In this document: piece after piece, positions 37,095-46,794 of the stretch
Layout of the letters: each line of letters begins with the position of its first letter
How positions within the stretch are numbered: position 1 is the stretch's first letter
Virus record (IMG/VR): IMGVR_UViG_3300045391_006247
Direction: 5' to 3' (one strand)
Origin: a virus
DNA length: 64,000 bases
Program-made: the position numbers and the translations under genes
Notes under the pieces: generated by a model
What the model saw: only the letters and a program-made list of their open reading frames with translations
Told to the model about the DNA's origin: nothing
Databases searched by the model: none

Positions 37095-37589
37095 ATGGAG
37101 CAAAAAGCGGTGAGGTTGCAGAGCGATTTTGAGTATTACTGTCAAGTGTTAGGGCGATCGCTCTCCGTCCGTACCTGGGATAGAACGATCGCGGATCTGG
37201 ATTTAACAAGCTGCTCTTTTGTGGAGCGTCGCAAACGGTTAAAAGCACTTGCTCAAATCCGAAAGCTAAATCCAACACTGAAAGTCACCTTAGAAACAGT
37301 TGAGCGATATCAAGCGATTGAAAAGATTGCCACACTGCCAGACGGCACTAAGGGTACGGACATGTATCAAGCGGTTCTCGGACTGAGGCATCTTTCAGAG
37401 GTTCAGTTTCGGCGTTGGGTTGAATCGTCGGGCATCAAGTATGGGCGCAACTCCCAATACTCTGGAACCGAACTAAAAGCGATCGTTCAGCAGCTCATCA
37501 TCCGCTTAGTTTCCAAGCCCGAGCTTGTTTGTTTCAGCAAAAAAATGTCAAGTCAACAAAAAGGAGCCTTATTTCTGTGGACAAACTAA
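37095..37589 (+). CDS. Hypothetical, possible DNA-binding protein
   Basis: 164-aa basic ORF. Confidence 0.65.
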   Translation: MEQKAVRLQSDFEYYCQVLGRSLSVRTWDRTIADLDLTSCSFVERRKRLKALAQIRKLNPTLKVTLETVERYQAIEKIATLPDGTKGTDMYQAVLGLRHLSEVQFRRWVESSGIKYGRNSQYSGTELKAIVQQLIIRLVSKPELVCFSKKMSSQQKGALFLWTN

Positions 37590-38086
37590 TTGCCGAGTTG
37601 AAAAAGAACCGAGTTAATACAACCCCTGTTGCGGTTGAAGCTTTGATGAAGGATTTAGGAATTACGCCTGCTGATTTAGATGATGAAACGATCGCTGGCA
37701 TTGTTCAAGAGCTATCCACGCAGCCCGCATTCACGACAAAAGAAGTTAAACAGGTTGCAGGCAAAGCAGACAAAACACCCTTAACCGATCACCCTAAAAG
37801 CACGATCGCTCAAGACTTCCAAAATCTAGCGACATCTGCCGATACCGCCGCCTCTCGACTGTTTCGCCGCGCTCAAGAGATTGCCGATCAAAAAACAGCG
37901 GAACTTGAAGAGCAATTAGCTCAACAAATGGCAGATAAAGCGATTGCGGCTCGTTTGTCTGCATATCAAACAGGTGTGGATTTTTTGGAGCGAAATCTAG
38001 GGAGCACAAAGTTTCTGCTTCCCGCTCAACAATATTTCCAGCTCGAATCGACGGACGCGATCGAGGTTCAAGCTACCCAGGTTTAG
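37529..38086 (+). CDS. Hypothetical coiled-coil protein
   Basis: 185-aa ORF with Ala/Glu/Gln-rich helix. Confidence 0.65.
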   Translation: MFQQKNVKSTKRSLISVDKLIAELKKNRVNTTPVAVEALMKDLGITPADLDDETIAGIVQELSTQPAFTTKEVKQVAGKADKTPLTDHPKSTIAQDFQNLATSADTAASRLFRRAQEIADQKTAELEEQLAQQMADKAIAARLSAYQTGVDFLERNLGSTKFLLPAQQYFQLESTDAIEVQATQV

Positions 38087-38124
38087 GGCAGGCACAGTCG
38101 GAACTTCACCGCATCCACGATCAG

Positions 38125-38271
38125 GTGGCGAAAGAAGCAAACTGGTTGGCAATTTTAACAGGTTCAGCAATCGGCATTGTTTTGATTTTACTTTCCGTAA
38201 ATGCGATCTCTGACAAGATGAAAAGTCCGTATCAACGGATGTTAGACAAGCAACTGGAGCAAATCAAATGA
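38125..38271 (+). CDS. Small membrane protein (not in ORF track)
   Basis: 48-aa GTG ORF with WLAILTGSAIGIVLILLSV hydrophobic helix; stop overlaps the next ATG. Confidence 0.5.
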   Translation: MAKEANWLAILTGSAIGIVLILLSVNAISDKMKSPYQRMLDKQLEQIK

Positions 38272-38435
38272 TCAGTCTAAGCAATGGATGGACGTTAAAA
38301 CCTGACAACAAGTGGACTCCCGACTGTAGTTTTGGTCAATGGATTCTCTACTACAAAAATAGTTACGCAGGAAGATTTGACACTCAAGGTGAAGCGTGGG
38401 AGTACGCAGAAAGTAAGTCCAATCAATCCAGCTAA
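38268..38435 (+). CDS. Small hypothetical protein (not in ORF track)
   Basis: 55-aa ORF MISLSNGWTLKPDNKW... after GGAG, ATGA-coupled. Confidence 0.6.
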   Translation: MISLSNGWTLKPDNKWTPDCSFGQWILYYKNSYAGRFDTQGEAWEYAESKSNQSS

Positions 38436-38504
38436 TGATTAAAGCTTTAGGTTTTCAATCTGCTGCGATCGCGATTAAACACACAAACAACTGGAGCAAA
38501 TTAA

Positions 38505-38702
38505 GTGAGTAAATACCAGGTCACATACGAAGACGAAAGTCTAGGTCCGCAAATTGTTTCTGATGATGACGGTAAAGGTTTGTCGATCGAGGATGCTTTT
38601 CATATTGCAGCGGGTGAATCGGCTGATGCGTTTTTTGCTAGTGGTGGCAATAGCTACGATTGCACCGATACAAGTTATGCGGTTCAACCCCGCAAAAAAT
38701 AA
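38505..38702 (+). CDS. Hypothetical protein
   Basis: 65-aa GTG ORF with GGAG leader repeated from 38247. Confidence 0.6.
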   Translation: MSKYQVTYEDESLGPQIVSDDDGKGLSIEDAFHIAAGESADAFFASGGNSYDCTDTSYAVQPRKK

Positions 38703-38804
38703 ACCAAGTGTTCCAAGTTTTTAATCTGCTGCGATCGCCCGGTCAAAGTTATCGCAGCAGACACCCCAGTTCCGCAATCAACAAAACAGAGGATTTTCTA
38801 TTTT

Positions 38805-38987
38805 ATGTCTAAAGCAAAAGGTGTTGGCTTAATGGGTTTGGCGGTTGGCGCTGTAGCAGTTGGGGCAAGTGGTGGACTTGCAGCCATCCCCGCAGTAGTT
38901 GGAATGGTCATGGTTGCAACATCCGATCGCAACGAGCGCGATCGCGATTCTTGGCATCAAACACCAGACGGCATGAAACAGCACTAG
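38805..38987 (+). CDS. Small membrane protein
   Basis: Gly/Ala-rich hydrophobic hairpin. Confidence 0.65.
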   Translation: MSKAKGVGLMGLAVGAVAVGASGGLAAIPAVVGMVMVATSDRNERDRDSWHQTPDGMKQH

Positions 38988-38997
38988 GAGTAGAAAA

Positions 38998-39201
38998 ATG
39001 TTTGGACGCAAAAAAGAGTACGTGGTTGATTACGTTGCAGATGCAGACATCGATGGTGATGACGTTGAAATTCAAGGGCGATCGAGTGTGTATGGTCGCA
39101 ACTTGTCGGGCGATCGAATTGCTGACGCGGTTGCCCGAAATATTGAAGAAGAAGAGTCGGGCTGCTCTGTTCAAAACGTCAAGATTACAAAGGTTCGGTA
39201 A
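38998..39201 (+). CDS. Hypothetical acidic protein
   Basis: 67-aa ORF after AGGAG. Confidence 0.65.
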   Translation: MFGRKKEYVVDYVADADIDGDDVEIQGRSSVYGRNLSGDRIADAVARNIEEEESGCSVQNVKITKVR

Positions 39202-39204
39202 GCC

Positions 39205-39837
39205 ATGGAAAACGTTCAAGACCTTTTGAATGGATGGGGGGAGGTAAAAGACTCCCCTTTTTCGGGAGCAGTACCAAGTTCAGTCGTTTACGAACCACAA
39301 GGCGCGATCGAGCATCAAGCAATCCCTGGGACTCGCATTCAGTACGTTCCCACCCCTCCACCCCAAAACCCAATCAAACCCCACTGGTTGAGACTAGCAA
39401 CGATCGCGCTTGTGGTTAGTGTGCCTTGCTTCTTTTGTTTTGCAGGCTATGTTTTGTGGCTCTTAACCGCACCTAATCGGATGGCTGGGCAATCCAACGA
39501 AATTGCAGGTGGAGTGGCGCTGACCGCCTTAAGCAAGCCAGGGAATATCACCATCAACTATGCCCCTCAGTGCAATCAGGGGTTGTTTGGTGGGCAAGCC
39601 TGCAACTTCCCTGAATCCCCCGCAGTGCCTGCATCGACACAGTCTGCCGCTATTCAGGGGAGAGAAGCATCGTTGCAGGTTGGGCGATCGGTTGACATCT
39701 GGTCAATGCCGCCAAGTGAATTGACGATCGCGCAGTTGAACGAGATTAAGGCTAAGACAACCGCAGAAACGGCAGCAAAACACCCCCAGTGGTGGCAACA
39801 AGTTCAAGTTGCCTACGCACAGAAGAGGGGGCAATAG
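39205..39837 (+). CDS. Single-pass membrane protein
   Basis: LATIALVVSVPCFFCFAGYVLWLL hydrophobic segment. Confidence 0.7.
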   Translation: MENVQDLLNGWGEVKDSPFSGAVPSSVVYEPQGAIEHQAIPGTRIQYVPTPPPQNPIKPHWLRLATIALVVSVPCFFCFAGYVLWLLTAPNRMAGQSNEIAGGVALTALSKPGNITINYAPQCNQGLFGGQACNFPESPAVPASTQSAAIQGREASLQVGRSVDIWSMPPSELTIAQLNEIKAKTTAETAAKHPQWWQQVQVAYAQKRGQ

Positions 39838-39943
39838 TGAGAATAGTGTTCTTTATCCTTAGGGCAATGATGGCGATGTATGCCGTTTCAACGATGAGCG
39901 ATCGTTATCCCCGCCAGCGTTCCCCTTCTGAGGAGCAAAGCAA

Positions 39944-40141
39944 ATGATTGATTTTTTATATGCCTTACTACGCCCCCGTCAGACAATTGATCGCGCCAAG
40001 TTCCTAAAGTATTTAATCACCGACCAAAAGCAGGCAATAACCGAAATGCAGCGATACACCAAGCTCAACGCCAAACTAGAAGGGCAGACTAAGCTTGACG
40101 AGTACGATCGCGCAGCCGACAAGTTCAATCAATTCTTTTAG
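39944..40141 (+). CDS. Hypothetical protein
   Basis: 65-aa ATG ORF. Confidence 0.6.
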   Translation: MIDFLYALLRPRQTIDRAKFLKYLITDQKQAITEMQRYTKLNAKLEGQTKLDEYDRAADKFNQFF

Positions 40142-40280
40142 GAGTCCCCCATGCCCTCATACACAGTTGTTGGACGTAACCCCCGCACCGGCAACCCGAT
40201 CTACGGCAGAAGAAACTGGCTCAGCCGCGCTCTCCATGAAGTGAAATCTTTGATAACCTATGCCCTACAGGACATCTGTA

Positions 40281-42023
40281 ATGACTTCCAGTTCTGCCTT
40301 TCGTAAAACACTCCAAGCCAGCACGATCGCCGCTACAGGGGTGGGATTCCTATTTACCCCGTTGGCATTCCCGATCGCTCTTGCCTCGCTCGCTGGGCTT
40401 GCTGTCACATCCACTTCACGGCAGCACAAATACGATCGAGCCGATCGGCACAGGGAGAACGAGATCTTGAAGACTGACCTATCGCGCAGATTGGTCAATA
40501 CGAAACACGCGCTAAAACTGGAAGAAATTAACGCCCGCAAAATTCTGATCATGAATCCTAAGACAGGAGTTCATCCGTCTGGTTGGGCAAAAGCATTTAG
40601 GGCTGAAGGGATTTTAGAGTATTGCGAAGCCGAATTAACTGCGGCGAATGCTTGGCTTCAACAGCAGTATAACTACGTCACAGCAGAAGCAGTGGAAGGT
40701 GGTGAAGAGTTCACCCCATCTCGACCAACTCGACTGCCTAAAATTTCTGCTGATATTTCAGACTTGCCACCCGATGGCGCTAAGTTGATTCAGTGCAAAG
40801 ATTTAAACGATGTAAACAAATATCCCGTCGTCATGCTGATTGCCCCTCCCGGTTCGGGTAAGTCAGCAACGATGGGGGCAATCATGCAGCAGTTGAGCGG
40901 ATGGAAGGCGATCGCATCTCCCAAGCCCCTCAACGACAAAATGCAGGGCATGTTTGACTTGGTTTATGGCTGCGACCCAGAAACAGGACGATGGCTCAAC
41001 TGGGGAAACCTAACAGATACCGACTGCGCCGATCATCGCGACCTCTCCTTCCAGTTACACAAAGCTAAGAAGCAGGGTAAGCAGATCGGTTCTATGCTGG
41101 ATTTCTTGTGGGGTTGTCGTCGTGAGTCGATGAATCGTATGCAGGGCACAACCGAAAACAAAGTGTTTTGGCGTTGCTTCTTTGATGAGGCTTCCTACAC
41201 TTACACGTCAGGCTACAACGACCCCCAAGATGCCAAGGGAGCAGCAGAGAAGGCGACCCAGACGTTTATTTCTGGCATCAACAAAGATGCTTTTCAGAAC
41301 TTCCGAGGGCAAAAGGTTCAATACTTCCTTGGGGCGCAGGTTGAAACAGTAGATTCGATCGGATTGAATGGATTTAACGGAGCCAAAAAAGAAGCATGGT
41401 TTTTATTCCCTGGCATGAAGGCGATCGCCGCTGCTGAAAAGCACGGTAAAAACCAACTAGCTCAATGGTTAAAACGCCGTGTTAAAGCTGGACTTGGGGT
41501 GGCACTCTTAATTAAAGAAGGTGTTTTCTTTGAAGTGCTGGATTTACCCCCGATCGCTGAGCTGTCAGCGTTGGTTGAAGGCGTAGATATGGTGCTTCAA
41601 ACCCCTGTAAATTTTGCACAAGTAGAGGCGAATGAGAAAGACAAGGAAGTCATCAGCCAAACCGAAAAAACGTTCAACACGATCGAGCAAAAAGCCGACA
41701 GTGCGGAGGGCGAAACCGAAGACGCGCCCAAAGCAAAAAACGCTGGCAGTAATGGATGGAGAAACGCCAGTAAAGAGCGCGATCGGTTTGGTTTTAGCGA
41801 GTTCTACAAGCTCTACATTAAATCTGACGAGTGGGAAGCAAAACGGCAACAGCGACTAAAAATAGACGGCAGGCAGTGTGCCGTGTGTAGCGCCAAAACA
41901 GGGCTTCAGGTTCATCATAAGGATTATTCCAGACTTGGAGATGAGCCAATGGAACACCTGATAACCCTTTGCAAAGTTCACCACGACTTGACCCACAACC
42001 TTAATAAAGGACTTCACCCCTAA
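40281..42023 (+). CDS. Membrane-anchored P-loop ATPase fused to C-terminal HNH nuclease
   Basis: N-terminal hydrophobic hairpin, APPGSGKS Walker A, CFFDEAS Walker B, CAVC...VHH...NLITLC-type HNH (HLITLCKVHH); start placed at ATG 40281. Confidence 0.8.
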   Translation: MTSSSAFRKTLQASTIAATGVGFLFTPLAFPIALASLAGLAVTSTSRQHKYDRADRHRENEILKTDLSRRLVNTKHALKLEEINARKILIMNPKTGVHPSGWAKAFRAEGILEYCEAELTAANAWLQQQYNYVTAEAVEGGEEFTPSRPTRLPKISADISDLPPDGAKLIQCKDLNDVNKYPVVMLIAPPGSGKSATMGAIMQQLSGWKAIASPKPLNDKMQGMFDLVYGCDPETGRWLNWGNLTDTDCADHRDLSFQLHKAKKQGKQIGSMLDFLWGCRRESMNRMQGTTENKVFWRCFFDEASYTYTSGYNDPQDAKGAAEKATQTFISGINKDAFQNFRGQKVQYFLGAQVETVDSIGLNGFNGAKKEAWFLFPGMKAIAAAEKHGKNQLAQWLKRRVKAGLGVALLIKEGVFFEVLDLPPIAELSALVEGVDMVLQTPVNFAQVEANEKDKEVISQTEKTFNTIEQKADSAEGETEDAPKAKNAGSNGWRNASKERDRFGFSEFYKLYIKSDEWEAKRQQRLKIDGRQCAVCSAKTGLQVHHKDYSRLGDEPMEHLITLCKVHHDLTHNLNKGLHP

Positions 42024-42076
42024 CACCCGATCGCCGCTTTCCCAAGGGCGGCTTTTTGTTGGGTTGTTGAGCGATC

Positions 42077-42119
42077 GCGTAATTACACAATTAATTTCTT
42101 GACAATTGCGTAACTGCGC
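42077..42119. promoter_or_regulatory. Paired operator
   Basis: GCGTAATTACAC at 42077 and GCGTAACTGCGC at 42108. Confidence 0.7.
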
Positions 42120-42292
42120 GATTACCATAAAAGACATGGGGCACAGGATGCCCGGTGGCGAAAGCCGAGATTTCAAGCCTTGAAAATCGAATACCTCCCA
42201 GGCGGAACAGAGCACCGCCGAGCGTCCCAAAGACTCAACAGGGACGGGGAGCAGAGGTTCAGTGTTTTACAAAAAAATTAGCAGGAGGTGTT

Positions 42293-42808
42293 GTGGACAA
42301 AATCTGGCTTCCAATTTTTGGATATGAAAGTCTTTACGAAGTAAGTAATCACGGAGAGGTAAGAAGCTTGAGGTCTAACAAGCTTCTTAAACCTTCTTTG
42401 GCAAAAGGCTATTTCAAGGTTGTGCTATCAGCCGAGAATATTCCAAAACCATTTACTGTACATCGGCTTGTAGCATTGGCTTTTATTCCTAACTTCGAAA
42501 ACCTCCCACAAGTTAATCATCGAGATGGAGTTAAGACAAACAATTCCGCATCAAATCTTGAATGGGTTACACCAAAGGCAAATATTTCTCACGCAATCGA
42601 ATCTAAATTGATTGATTTTTCTACGCGACGATTTTCTACTCAACATCGTCGCGTTGGTCAACGACGCAAAGGAAAGATATCTGACTGCCAAGTTCAAGAA
42701 ATTATTGAAAGGTTCAAAAATGGCGAATCCAAAAAATCGTTGGCTCGATTTTTTGGGGTTACACCTAAAGCGATCATCTACATTCTTAAGAGAGATCGCG
42801 TTATTTAA
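42293..42808 (+). CDS. NUMOD4-HNH homing endonuclease-like protein
   Basis: IWLPIFGYESLYEVSNHGEVRS (NUMOD4); VHRLVALAF...VNHRDGVKTNNSASNLEW (HNH); GTG start after GGAGG. Confidence 0.9.
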   Translation: MDKIWLPIFGYESLYEVSNHGEVRSLRSNKLLKPSLAKGYFKVVLSAENIPKPFTVHRLVALAFIPNFENLPQVNHRDGVKTNNSASNLEWVTPKANISHAIESKLIDFSTRRFSTQHRRVGQRRKGKISDCQVQEIIERFKNGESKKSLARFFGVTPKAIIYILKRDRVI

Positions 42809-42835
42809 ATTTATTCACCCCTTACGGAGAAAATC

Positions 42836-43072
42836 ATGCTGGCACTGCAAGAACGGACTGCTGCTGTGAAAGAGACGATCGCCCTTGCGATTGACGCTTA
42901 TCACGCAACTGTTAACGAGGCATCCAACGCCGAAGGCGGTAAGGTGAACTGGAATTTGCTTTATTCCGCGATCCCCACCCTTCGCAAGGAATTGTTGACA
43001 GTCCTACCCGAATCTGAAACCGATCGCATTTTGGATCGGTTGTACGAGGAGGAAGAAGCGGCAGGTTTGTAA
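42836..43072 (+). CDS. Hypothetical protein
   Basis: 78-aa ORF after GGAG. Confidence 0.65.
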   Translation: MLALQERTAAVKETIALAIDAYHATVNEASNAEGGKVNWNLLYSAIPTLRKELLTVLPESETDRILDRLYEEEEAAGL

Positions 43073-43150
43073 AGCGGTTGGGCGATCGGTTGGTCGCCTT
43101 TCCTGCAAGGGGTTGAATCAAAAAAAACTAAGTCAATTAAGGAGTTAAAC

Positions 43151-43300
43151 ATGAAAAAATACCAAGTGCGCTTAAAGTCAGATTTGTCAGTTGTGAAAGT
43201 TTACGAAGCAGAATCCCCTTTTGATGCTGCCGAACTGTTTGCTCAAGATATGGGGCTTTCGATCAGTTTTTCTGATGTTGACGTCAAGAAAATTAAATAG
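43151..43300 (+). CDS. Small hypothetical protein (not in ORF track)
   Basis: 49-aa ORF MKKYQVRLKSD... after AAGGAG. Confidence 0.6.
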   Translation: MKKYQVRLKSDLSVVKVYEAESPFDAAELFAQDMGLSISFSDVDVKKIK

Positions 43301-43422
43301 ACACTCAAGGGCGCTAACCCCGCCCGATCGCTTAATCTCGCCTGCGCAGCACCGATCGCAGCCAGTCCCAAGCCTGGAACCCAAGAGAGAGGGAGCACAA
43401 CACATTTTCAAAGGGAAAAATC

Positions 43423-43797
43423 ATGCAAGCCATTCTAAATTTCGCGATCGAGTTCATCGTTTTCGGTTCCGCCGCACTATTCGCCATCGCCTTCATTTCA
43501 GGCTACAGCCGCTGGCAACCCAAAACGGCAGCAATCCCCACCCTGTCAGCAGAAGACAAGCCGATCGCGCAGCAGTTATCGGAGGCGTGGAAGGATGCCA
43601 CAGAACCGATCGCGATTGAACTTGGGGTCGTGCCATTCACCCGCAAGGCTCCCGACCTGAAAAGGCTAAAGATTCGCGAATTAAAAGCGATCGCTCAACG
43701 GGTGAAGCTGGCAAAATACAGCAACAACCCGACCTCAGTTTTGGTGGAGCGGTTGTCTGAGTTGCCTGCTTGGACGTTGCGGGAAGCGATCGGGTAG
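43423..43797 (+). CDS. Membrane-anchored protein with C-terminal Rho-N/SAP-like motif
   Basis: N-terminal TM; DLKRLKIRELKAIAQRVKLAKYS motif. Confidence 0.65.
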   Translation: MQAILNFAIEFIVFGSAALFAIAFISGYSRWQPKTAAIPTLSAEDKPIAQQLSEAWKDATEPIAIELGVVPFTRKAPDLKRLKIRELKAIAQRVKLAKYSNNPTSVLVERLSELPAWTLREAIG

Positions 43798-43828
43798 GGT
43801 TTGAGCTAACAAAACAAAGGAGAGAACT

Positions 43829-44026
43829 ATGGATAGCACAGAACTGATCAGACAGGGTGTTCTTAATGTTGAGCTTGACAAGAAGATGATTCTAGATCCC
43901 AACGGCAACAACCCTGTTTGCAAGCCGGGGTTGGGAACGGGAGTTTGTGAAAGATGTGGCAAGCCTGTCAGTCTTGGCAAGGCGTGTTCTTCGGTTCCCT
44001 TAGATCAAAGATGGCGGATGGGTTGA
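43829..44026 (+). CDS. Small Cys-containing protein
   Basis: 65 aa, CERCG motif, GGAG leader. Confidence 0.55.
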   Translation: MDSTELIRQGVLNVELDKKMILDPNGNNPVCKPGLGTGVCERCGKPVSLGKACSSVPLDQRWRMG

Positions 44027-44060
44027 TCAGATCGCCTTACAAAATTAATGTTTGATTATT

Positions 44061-44102
44061 GCGTAATTACGCACTATTATTAAATTAATAACGTAATTAC
44101 GC
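44061..44102. promoter_or_regulatory. Paired operator (includes the perfect palindrome)
   Basis: GCGTAATTACGC at 44061 and ACGTAATTACGC at 44091. Confidence 0.75.
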
Positions 44103-44258
44103 AATTATGTCTCAATTAATCTTTTCGATACTCCTAAGCGCGATTGCCCTTTCCCTGCCGTTTGTGGCGTTAGGTGCGATCGGTTGTAGGGTTAGGGATT
44201 GTCCTCCGGGGCAGTTTGATGGTTCTTGTAGATGTGTTGATAAATAGGAGGAAGGACG

Positions 44259-44579
44259 ATGAATCAACCACCCGATCACGTTATGGCTCGATCGCGATCC
44301 ATCTGTCCCAGTGATGCGGATCGCCCTAATGGAGAGCAATACACACCAAGCAATGGAACAGAAGGCGAAATCTTTATGTCCCGATGGTGCGAAGCCTGCC
44401 ATCACGATCGAAACGAAGACTGCGAAATTCTCATGCAAGCGCTCTGCCACGAAGAACCAACAGAATGGCAATACTGGAACGGCAAGCCTGTCTGTACCAG
44501 TTTTGAAGCCAAGCGTGAACCTGCCGAGCGCAAACATGTTGATCCGATCGCCCCTGGTCAAATAGCTTTAGATCTCTAA
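44259..44579 (+). CDS. Small Cys-rich hypothetical protein
   Basis: YTPSNGTEGEIFMSRWCEAC...C...C. Confidence 0.7.
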   Translation: MNQPPDHVMARSRSICPSDADRPNGEQYTPSNGTEGEIFMSRWCEACHHDRNEDCEILMQALCHEEPTEWQYWNGKPVCTSFEAKREPAERKHVDPIAPGQIALDL

Positions 44580-44595
44580 TCAACATTCCATTCCC

Positions 44596-44847
44596 ATGAA
44601 CGACACAACACAAGAAAAACCACAACGTTATTCAATATCCCGACTCAGCTACGCAGATGCGATCGCCCTAATTGAAGCCTTAAGCGCGATCGGAATTGAG
44701 TCAAACATCACGGCAGGGGGAGTGGCAATCTACCCTTTGTCAAGCCAAGTTGAAGCAATGCAGGCATGTTGCATGAAGTTTGGCGAGCGAGCTTTTGAGG
44801 GCACAACGATTCTCGAAGACAACGTTTTGTATCCGTGGAGTAATTAA
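44596..44847 (+). CDS. Hypothetical protein
   Basis: 83-aa ORF in operon. Confidence 0.6.
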   Translation: MNDTTQEKPQRYSISRLSYADAIALIEALSAIGIESNITAGGVAIYPLSSQVEAMQACCMKFGERAFEGTTILEDNVLYPWSN

Positions 44848-44851
44848 CCCC

Positions 44852-45022
44852 ATGAACCCCCGATCGATATTCCTCCACGAGATTGAAGACACGATCGCCC
44901 ATCCCCAAGATGCCGAGCAACTCACAGCAGCGATCGCGGCTCATCGGGCTTATTTAGCTTGGGATAGAGAGCAGACCACGAAGAAATGGCGATCGTTTTG
45001 CAAGCAGTACAGAAAGGTTTAA
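44852..45022 (+). CDS. Hypothetical protein
   Basis: Start placed at ATG 44852 (MNPRSIF) within track ORF 44780..45022. Confidence 0.5.
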   Translation: MNPRSIFLHEIEDTIAHPQDAEQLTAAIAAHRAYLAWDREQTTKKWRSFCKQYRKV

Positions 45023-45135
45023 GCCATGCTCTACTTCTTCCACTATCGAATCATTAAAACAGGTGAAGAAGTCACCCAAATCTTCACCCGCAGTGAAGCA
45101 GAAAAGTTTTGGACAGCAAATAGGGAAAGAATTGA

Positions 45136-45420
45136 ATGGATAAAACAACACCAGCGATAAAGGAAATGCGCCCCATCCTAAGCGCGATCGGCATTAGTGC
45201 GACGATGATGGATTGGACAGCAACACAAGCGATCGAGGCTCTCTCCCTTGACTATCACACGGGCAATGCGGTCTATTTGCTATGGCATTGTGAGGGTGTG
45301 GATGATTTGAAGAGGGCACTGTGGCACCTCGATCGGATTGGGGGCGATCGATTTCATGTTTTTGCTAGGGGTCTAATTCGAGGAAAGATTGAGGAGGAGT
45401 TAGGGGTATGCCAAAAATGA
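45136..45420 (+). CDS. Hypothetical protein
   Basis: 94-aa ORF in operon. Confidence 0.6.
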   Translation: MDKTTPAIKEMRPILSAIGISATMMDWTATQAIEALSLDYHTGNAVYLLWHCEGVDDLKRALWHLDRIGGDRFHVFARGLIRGKIEEELGVCQK

Positions 45421-45605
45421 CCATCACTGAACTGGCAGAAAAAGCGATCGCGACTGGACTGATTATTCGGTACTGGCAAGACCAAGTAGACGGTGATCAT
45501 ATTATTAGATTTGAAGATGGGGAGAATTGGTCTTTCAGTAATGACAGGGAATTGGCGATCGCGCTTGAGACGGTGATCAAGGTTAAGTCGTTGGTTGAGT
45601 TTTAA
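45408..45605 (+). CDS. Hypothetical protein
   Basis: 65-aa ORF after GAGGAG. Confidence 0.6.
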   Translation: MPKMTITELAEKAIATGLIIRYWQDQVDGDHIIRFEDGENWSFSNDRELAIALETVIKVKSLVEF

Positions 45606-45607
45606 TT

Positions 45608-45841
45608 ATGGAAATAGACCCCCAATACTGCGCCGAAATTTTAGCCGAGGAAACGGGATATCCCTGCTACGTCGAAGCAGTATCCGATCGCGCAATTAGT
45701 TTCAGGCTCAACCTTCCAAACGATCGGGTCTTGCATCACACTATTGAAGTTAAATTGCTTGAATCTTTTGTTGGTGGGGTTGAAGGTTTTCTTAGGTCGG
45801 CAGCTTGGCGGATTTTAGAACAAGACCTTAAGCTTGGATAA
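45608..45841 (+). CDS. Hypothetical protein
   Basis: 77-aa ORF 2 nt after the previous stop. Confidence 0.6.
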   Translation: MEIDPQYCAEILAEETGYPCYVEAVSDRAISFRLNLPNDRVLHHTIEVKLLESFVGGVEGFLRSAAWRILEQDLKLG

Positions 45842-46017
45842 CCGATCGCGTATATCCGGATATACTTTGAAAATTGCTAGGTCAAATGCAGAGCCGTGCT
45901 GGGGTAGTACGGCTTTTTTGTTCGTGTTTGCGCGATCGGGTGTAGAATAATGGCGTAACAGCGGAAGTGTTCGAGGTTTCCGCCATTACTGACCACCAAT
46001 CTAGGATAAATAGACCA

Positions 46018-46761
46018 ATGGCTAGCACTATTAAAGCGCATATTACGGATGTTTCTGTTGGACATCTCAGCGTTAAAGGCTTAATGTCTGACGATGGCAA
46101 TTTCTATATTGCTATCCCTCAAATTGCCGAGCGATTTAACGTTCCTCAGAAAAACGCTTCAAGAGACTTCAAAGCCTTGATGGGTGAGGGTTTTACGTTC
46201 CTCAAGATGTCTGTTCATGGAACAAAAGTGACGGTTAACGCCATGCCTCTTGAGGTCTTTGAGTTATTGGTTGCAAAGCTCGATCGCTCAGGCAATCAAT
46301 CAGCACAAGATTTCAGGGATGATCTTGTGGGATTATCACTTCGCCAGTTGTTCTCTGACGCATTTGGGGTGAAGTTTGAAGAGGAAGATCGGCAGCAATG
46401 GTTGAAGTTAAGGCAAGAGGTAAAACAGGTCAGACGATCGCTCACTGACGCCGTCAAAAACTACATCCAGAGCCACTCTGAGTTATCAGAGAACGCAATC
46501 AAGTTCATGTACTCCAATGCTAGCGACAAGGTGAACAAGGCTGTGTTTGGACGCATAGCGCGTCAACTAGTGAAAGACTTCCAGTGCAACAAAGATGACC
46601 TCAGAGATCAGTTCACTGCTGCCGAATTGCGCCATATACAGCAGGTAGAAGATCTGGCAATGCGTTTGGTCGATCAGCATGACATCGAGCCTGTAGCGGC
46701 TGTAGATGAGGCTAAGCGACGGTTAGAGATTCCAGTGAGCGATCGGAGAGTTGTCGCTTGA
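46018..46761 (+). CDS. Antirepressor-like DNA-binding protein (P22 Ant/P63C-like)
   Basis: VKGLMSDDGNFYIAIPQIAERF N-terminus; RRSLTDAVKNY...YSNASDKVNKAVFG C-terminal pattern. Confidence 0.6.
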   Translation: MASTIKAHITDVSVGHLSVKGLMSDDGNFYIAIPQIAERFNVPQKNASRDFKALMGEGFTFLKMSVHGTKVTVNAMPLEVFELLVAKLDRSGNQSAQDFRDDLVGLSLRQLFSDAFGVKFEEEDRQQWLKLRQEVKQVRRSLTDAVKNYIQSHSELSENAIKFMYSNASDKVNKAVFGRIARQLVKDFQCNKDDLRDQFTAAELRHIQQVEDLAMRLVDQHDIEPVAAVDEAKRRLEIPVSDRRVVA

Positions 46762-46794
46762 ATTAGTCGAAGTTCAAACACAAAGAGGTTAAAA

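Noticed and set aside
37978-38271. Possible -1 frameshift at T-TTT-TTG extending 37529..38086 into a TM segment
   Set aside because: The bridging peptide looks like off-frame Arg/Ser-rich sequence, and a simple GTG start at 38125 explains the TM ORF
42293-42808. Self-splicing intron around the NUMOD4-HNH gene
   Set aside because: Flanking genes are intact and unrelated; it appears free-standing behind its own paired operator
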